From NCBI GenBank assembly GCA_964586275.1, contig CAZPIE010000001.1, forward strand, positions 1-41,174: a DNA stretch of 41,174 nt, read 5' to 3'. Source of the stretch: an uncultured Methyloversatilis sp. GTDB lineage: Bacteria > Pseudomonadota > Gammaproteobacteria > Burkholderiales > Rhodocyclaceae. The notes beneath the pieces were generated by a model, which was given only the letters and a program-made list of their open reading frames with translations, was not told the DNA's origin and ran no database searches. The position numbers were made by a program, and so were the translations under genes. Shown here one piece after another: positions 38,600 to 41,174 of this stretch (position 1 is the first letter of the stretch; each line of letters begins with the position of its first letter).

Positions 38600-41174
38600 G
38601 TGAATAAATCGCTCAAACCATCGATATTCAAAACGTCCTTGATGGCCATGCTGCTGACCAGCGCCTTTGCTGCGCAGGCTGCCGGTCTCGGCAAGTTGAG
38701 CGTGTATTCCGCCATCGGCCAGCAGCTGAATGCCGAAATCGCGCTGACCGCGACACCGGCCGAGTTGAATTCGATGACGGCGAAACTGGCTTCGCATGAG
38801 GCTTTTCGGGAAGCCGGCATCGAGTACATGCCCCTGCTTGCGGATGTGCGCATCAGTCTTGACAAGAATGCCGCAGGCCAGCCGATTCTGAGGCTGACGA
38901 CCTCGCAGCCCATCAGCGAGCCATTCCTGCATTTCCTGGTCGAGTTGAGCTGGGCCTCCGGGCGCATGGTCAGGGGGTACGCCTACCTGCTCGACCCCCC
39001 GGAAATGCTGCAGGTGGCCAAGCCGGCCTCGGTCGTGGCGCCGTCTGCTCCGGCCATCGAGACTCTCCCGCCCGATCCCGCGCCGGTAGCGACCAAACCT
39101 GTGGCGGGCGCGCCCGAAAAACCGGATCCTGCTCCCGGTGACTATCAAGTCAAGCAGGGCGATACGCTCGGCAAGATCGCCCGCGAAACCCGGCCTGAAG
39201 CGGTGACGCTCGACCAGATGCTGGTGGCCTTGTTCAACGGCAATCGGGATGCCTTTGTCGGCAACAACATGAATCGCCTGCGCGCGGGGAAGATCCTGCG
39301 CGTGCCGACTGCGGAGGAGGTCGGCAAGATCGATGCGGCCGAGGCGCGCAAGTTGGTCATCAGTCAGATTGGCGAGTTCAATGCCTATCGCAAGCGGCTC
39401 GCCGGTGCGGCAGCGGCATCGGCGGCACCGGAAACGTCAGCCCAACAGCAGGTCAGCGGCACGATCAAGCCGCAGGTGGAAGACAAGGTCCCTGCCCCGG
39501 CGGCCAGGGACAAGCTTGAGGTCTCGCGAACCGAGCCCGCGAAAACGGCGCAGGCAGCCGCCGGCAGCAGCCTCGAAGAAGACCTGATCGCCCGCGACAA
39601 GGCCTTGCGCGAGGCTTCGGAGCGGATTGCCCAGCTCGAAAAGAACATCGAAAACCTGAAGAAGCTTCTCGAGGTCAAGAGCCAGGCCGGAGCGAAGCTG
39701 CAACAGGAGAGCGTAGCCGTCCTGCCCGAGCCTGCCGAGAAGCCCGCGGAGCCCGTCAAGGCCGAAGCTCCGGCAGCGTCCCCGCCTGCACCGGTCGCGA
39801 CGAGCGAGCCGGCGGCGAAACCGGAAGATGCCAAGCCTGCAGCGGAGCCGCCCAAGCCAGCCGAGCCTGCCGCGCCACCTCCAGCAGTGCAGAAGCCGGC
39901 AGTACCACCCCCGCCACCTCCTCCCGAGCCCGGCTTTATCGATGAGAACCCAGAACTCGTTTACGGTGGTGGCGGACTCATCGCCCTGCTGCTCGGTTAT
40001 CTCGGTTACTCCTCGTGGCGCAGAAGAAAAGTTCGGGCCGATCGGTCCGCCATCGACTCGGCCGCGCCTGTCGCTGCAACAACGCCTGTCGCTGCAACAA
40101 CCGCTGTTCCAGAGGCCAAGCCAGCGATACCCGGAGCACCGGCCACGGCTTTCGATACTGGCGAGATAACCATCCAGGGCGAATTCAGCGAGGGCGGTCT
40201 GCTGACCAATGAGGAAATCGTCGATCCGGTAGCCGAAGCCGATGTGCTGATGGCGTATGGCCGGGATCGCCAGGCCGAGGAGATTCTTCAGGAAGGGCTC
40301 ATCAAGGATCCGTCGCGTCCGGCGATCCACATGAAGCTGCTCGAGCTGTATGCGAAGCAGGAAAATATTGCCCAGTTCGAGACGATTGCCGAAAAATTGC
40401 ACGCCTTGAACAACGGGCGCGGTGCGGATTGGGAGAAGACTCTGGCGGTCGCACGCACGCTGGGTCTTTCGGGTGGCATTTTCGGAGCTGCGGCTGCGGC
40501 GGCGGAGATTGTCCAGCCCGTCACGGATGGCGTCGAGCCAGCCGTGGCCGGCGAGCCGCAGGAGGCGGTCGAGGCTGCCAGCGCACTTGCCATGCCGCAA
40601 GCCGCGGGGCTGGTCGAAGCGCCTGCTGGCGAGGAGGCGCCTTCGTTCGAGTTCGATTTCGATCTTGGGACAGAGGCGGGGACCGAAGTGGCTGCAGCGG
40701 TCGCTGCTGCCGAACAGGCTGCGGCTGCACCTGTAGCCGAAAATGACATGAGTCTCGATTTCGACTTCGACCTTGGTACTCCCGAGGCGGAGCAGGCTGT
40801 CGAAGCGGTCGTCGAGAGGGCCGTGGCCCCTGTCGAGGCGAATTTGGCGGAAATGGATTTCGATCTCGATCTGGGTTCGCCAGTCGGACCGGATGCGGAA
40901 ACGTCGGCCGCAATGGCTCAGCAAGTCGGGAGTGCAGCGGCTGAAGCACCCAGTGCCGGCGGCATCGGAGAACTCAAGCTCGATTTCGATCTCGAACTCG
41001 ACCAGGGGCTCGCATCGACTGCTGCCGCCGAGCCGGTTGTCGAGGAGACCGATCTGGTGCTGGATTTCCCCATAGCCGAGGAACCGCAGCTGGAGGCCAG
41101 GGCAGCGACGGTGGTCGCTGCCGAGCCGGTTGTCGAGGAGACCGATCTGGTGCTGGATTTCCCCGCGGTCGATG
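38600..41174 (+). CDS. fimV: FimV/HubP polar landmark protein, 3' end beyond the window (not in the ORF track)
   Basis: GTG 38600 gives MNKSLK...AAGLGKLSVYSAIGQQLNAEI; LysM YQVKQGDTLGKIA; TM segment near 39960-40020; VDPVAEADVLMAYGRDRQAEEIL; acidic DFDL repeats; follows asd. Confidence 0.92.
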   Translation, partial: MNKSLKPSIFKTSLMAMLLTSAFAAQAAGLGKLSVYSAIGQQLNAEIALTATPAELNSMTAKLASHEAFREAGIEYMPLLADVRISLDKNAAGQPILRLTTSQPISEPFLHFLVELSWASGRMVRGYAYLLDPPEMLQVAKPASVVAPSAPAIETLPPDPAPVATKPVAGAPEKPDPAPGDYQVKQGDTLGKIARETRPEAVTLDQMLVALFNGNRDAFVGNNMNRLRAGKILRVPTAEEVGKIDAAEARKLVISQIGEFNAYRKRLAGAAAASAAPETSAQQQVSGTIKPQVEDKVPAPAARDKLEVSRTEPAKTAQAAAGSSLEEDLIARDKALREASERIAQLEKNIENLKKLLEVKSQAGAKLQQESVAVLPEPAEKPAEPVKAEAPAASPPAPVATSEPAAKPEDAKPAAEPPKPAEPAAPPPAVQKPAVPPPPPPPEPGFIDENPELVYGGGGLIALLLGYLGYSSWRRRKVRADRSAIDSAAPVAATTPVAATTAVPEAKPAIPGAPATAFDTGEITIQGEFSEGGLLTNEEIVDPVAEADVLMAYGRDRQAEEILQEGLIKDPSRPAIHMKLLELYAKQENIAQFETIAEKLHALNNGRGADWEKTLAVARTLGLSGGIFGAAAAAAEIVQPVTDGVEPAVAGEPQEAVEAASALAMPQAAGLVEAPAGEEAPSFEFDFDLGTEAGTEVAAAVAAAEQAAAAPVAENDMSLDFDFDLGTPEAEQAVEAVVERAVAPVEANLAEMDFDLDLGSPVGPDAETSAAMAQQVGSAAAEAPSAGGIGELKLDFDLELDQGLASTAAAEPVVEETDLVLDFPIAEEPQLEARAATVVAAEPVVEETDLVLDFPAVD
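40065..40100 (+). repeat. In-frame 18-bp tandem repeat x2 in fimV
   Basis: CGCCTGTCGCTGCAACAA twice (PVAATT). Confidence 0.9.
41027..41164 (+). repeat. 45-bp direct repeat with 93-bp period in the fimV acidic region
   Basis: 41027-41071 equals 41120-41164, encoding AEPVVEETDLVLDFP. Confidence 0.92.

Overview
GC-rich betaproteobacterial-type chromosomal window; a Rhodocyclales/Sterolibacteriaceae-like source is inferred from gene order and protein similarity. Left to right: an FNR-box-preceded respiratory operon on the minus strand (Tat-exported 4x[4Fe-4S] protein, NrfD/PsrC-type membrane protein, multiheme cytochrome c, hypothetical protein, atypical hemerythrin); initiator tRNA-Met; a sensor kinase/NarL-family regulator/diguanylate cyclase unit; tRNA-Thr(TGT); a sensor-like DEDDh exonuclease; rmuC; ankyrin, TonB-C and Cys-rich genes; a peptide ABC transporter; mltD; dctPQM; the conserved ndk-rlmN-pilW-rodZ-ispG-hisS-yfgM-bamB-der cluster; fdxA, aroC, a small YdcH-like gene, an MFS transporter, an M48 peptidase, an entericidin sORF missed by the ORF track, leuB, asd and a 3'-truncated fimV. 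No transposase, integrase or CRISPR array was seen. The least explained signal is sub-genic. An asymmetric 22-bp word, AAGTCGGCGCYGGCGGGACGGC, occurs six times inside six unrelated genes, in both orientations and two reading frames (KVGAGGTA or AVPPAPT/S), with a split version just before rmuC. A second, ~85-bp structured repeat occurs twice, and one copy supplies the only plausible canonical start codon of rlmN.
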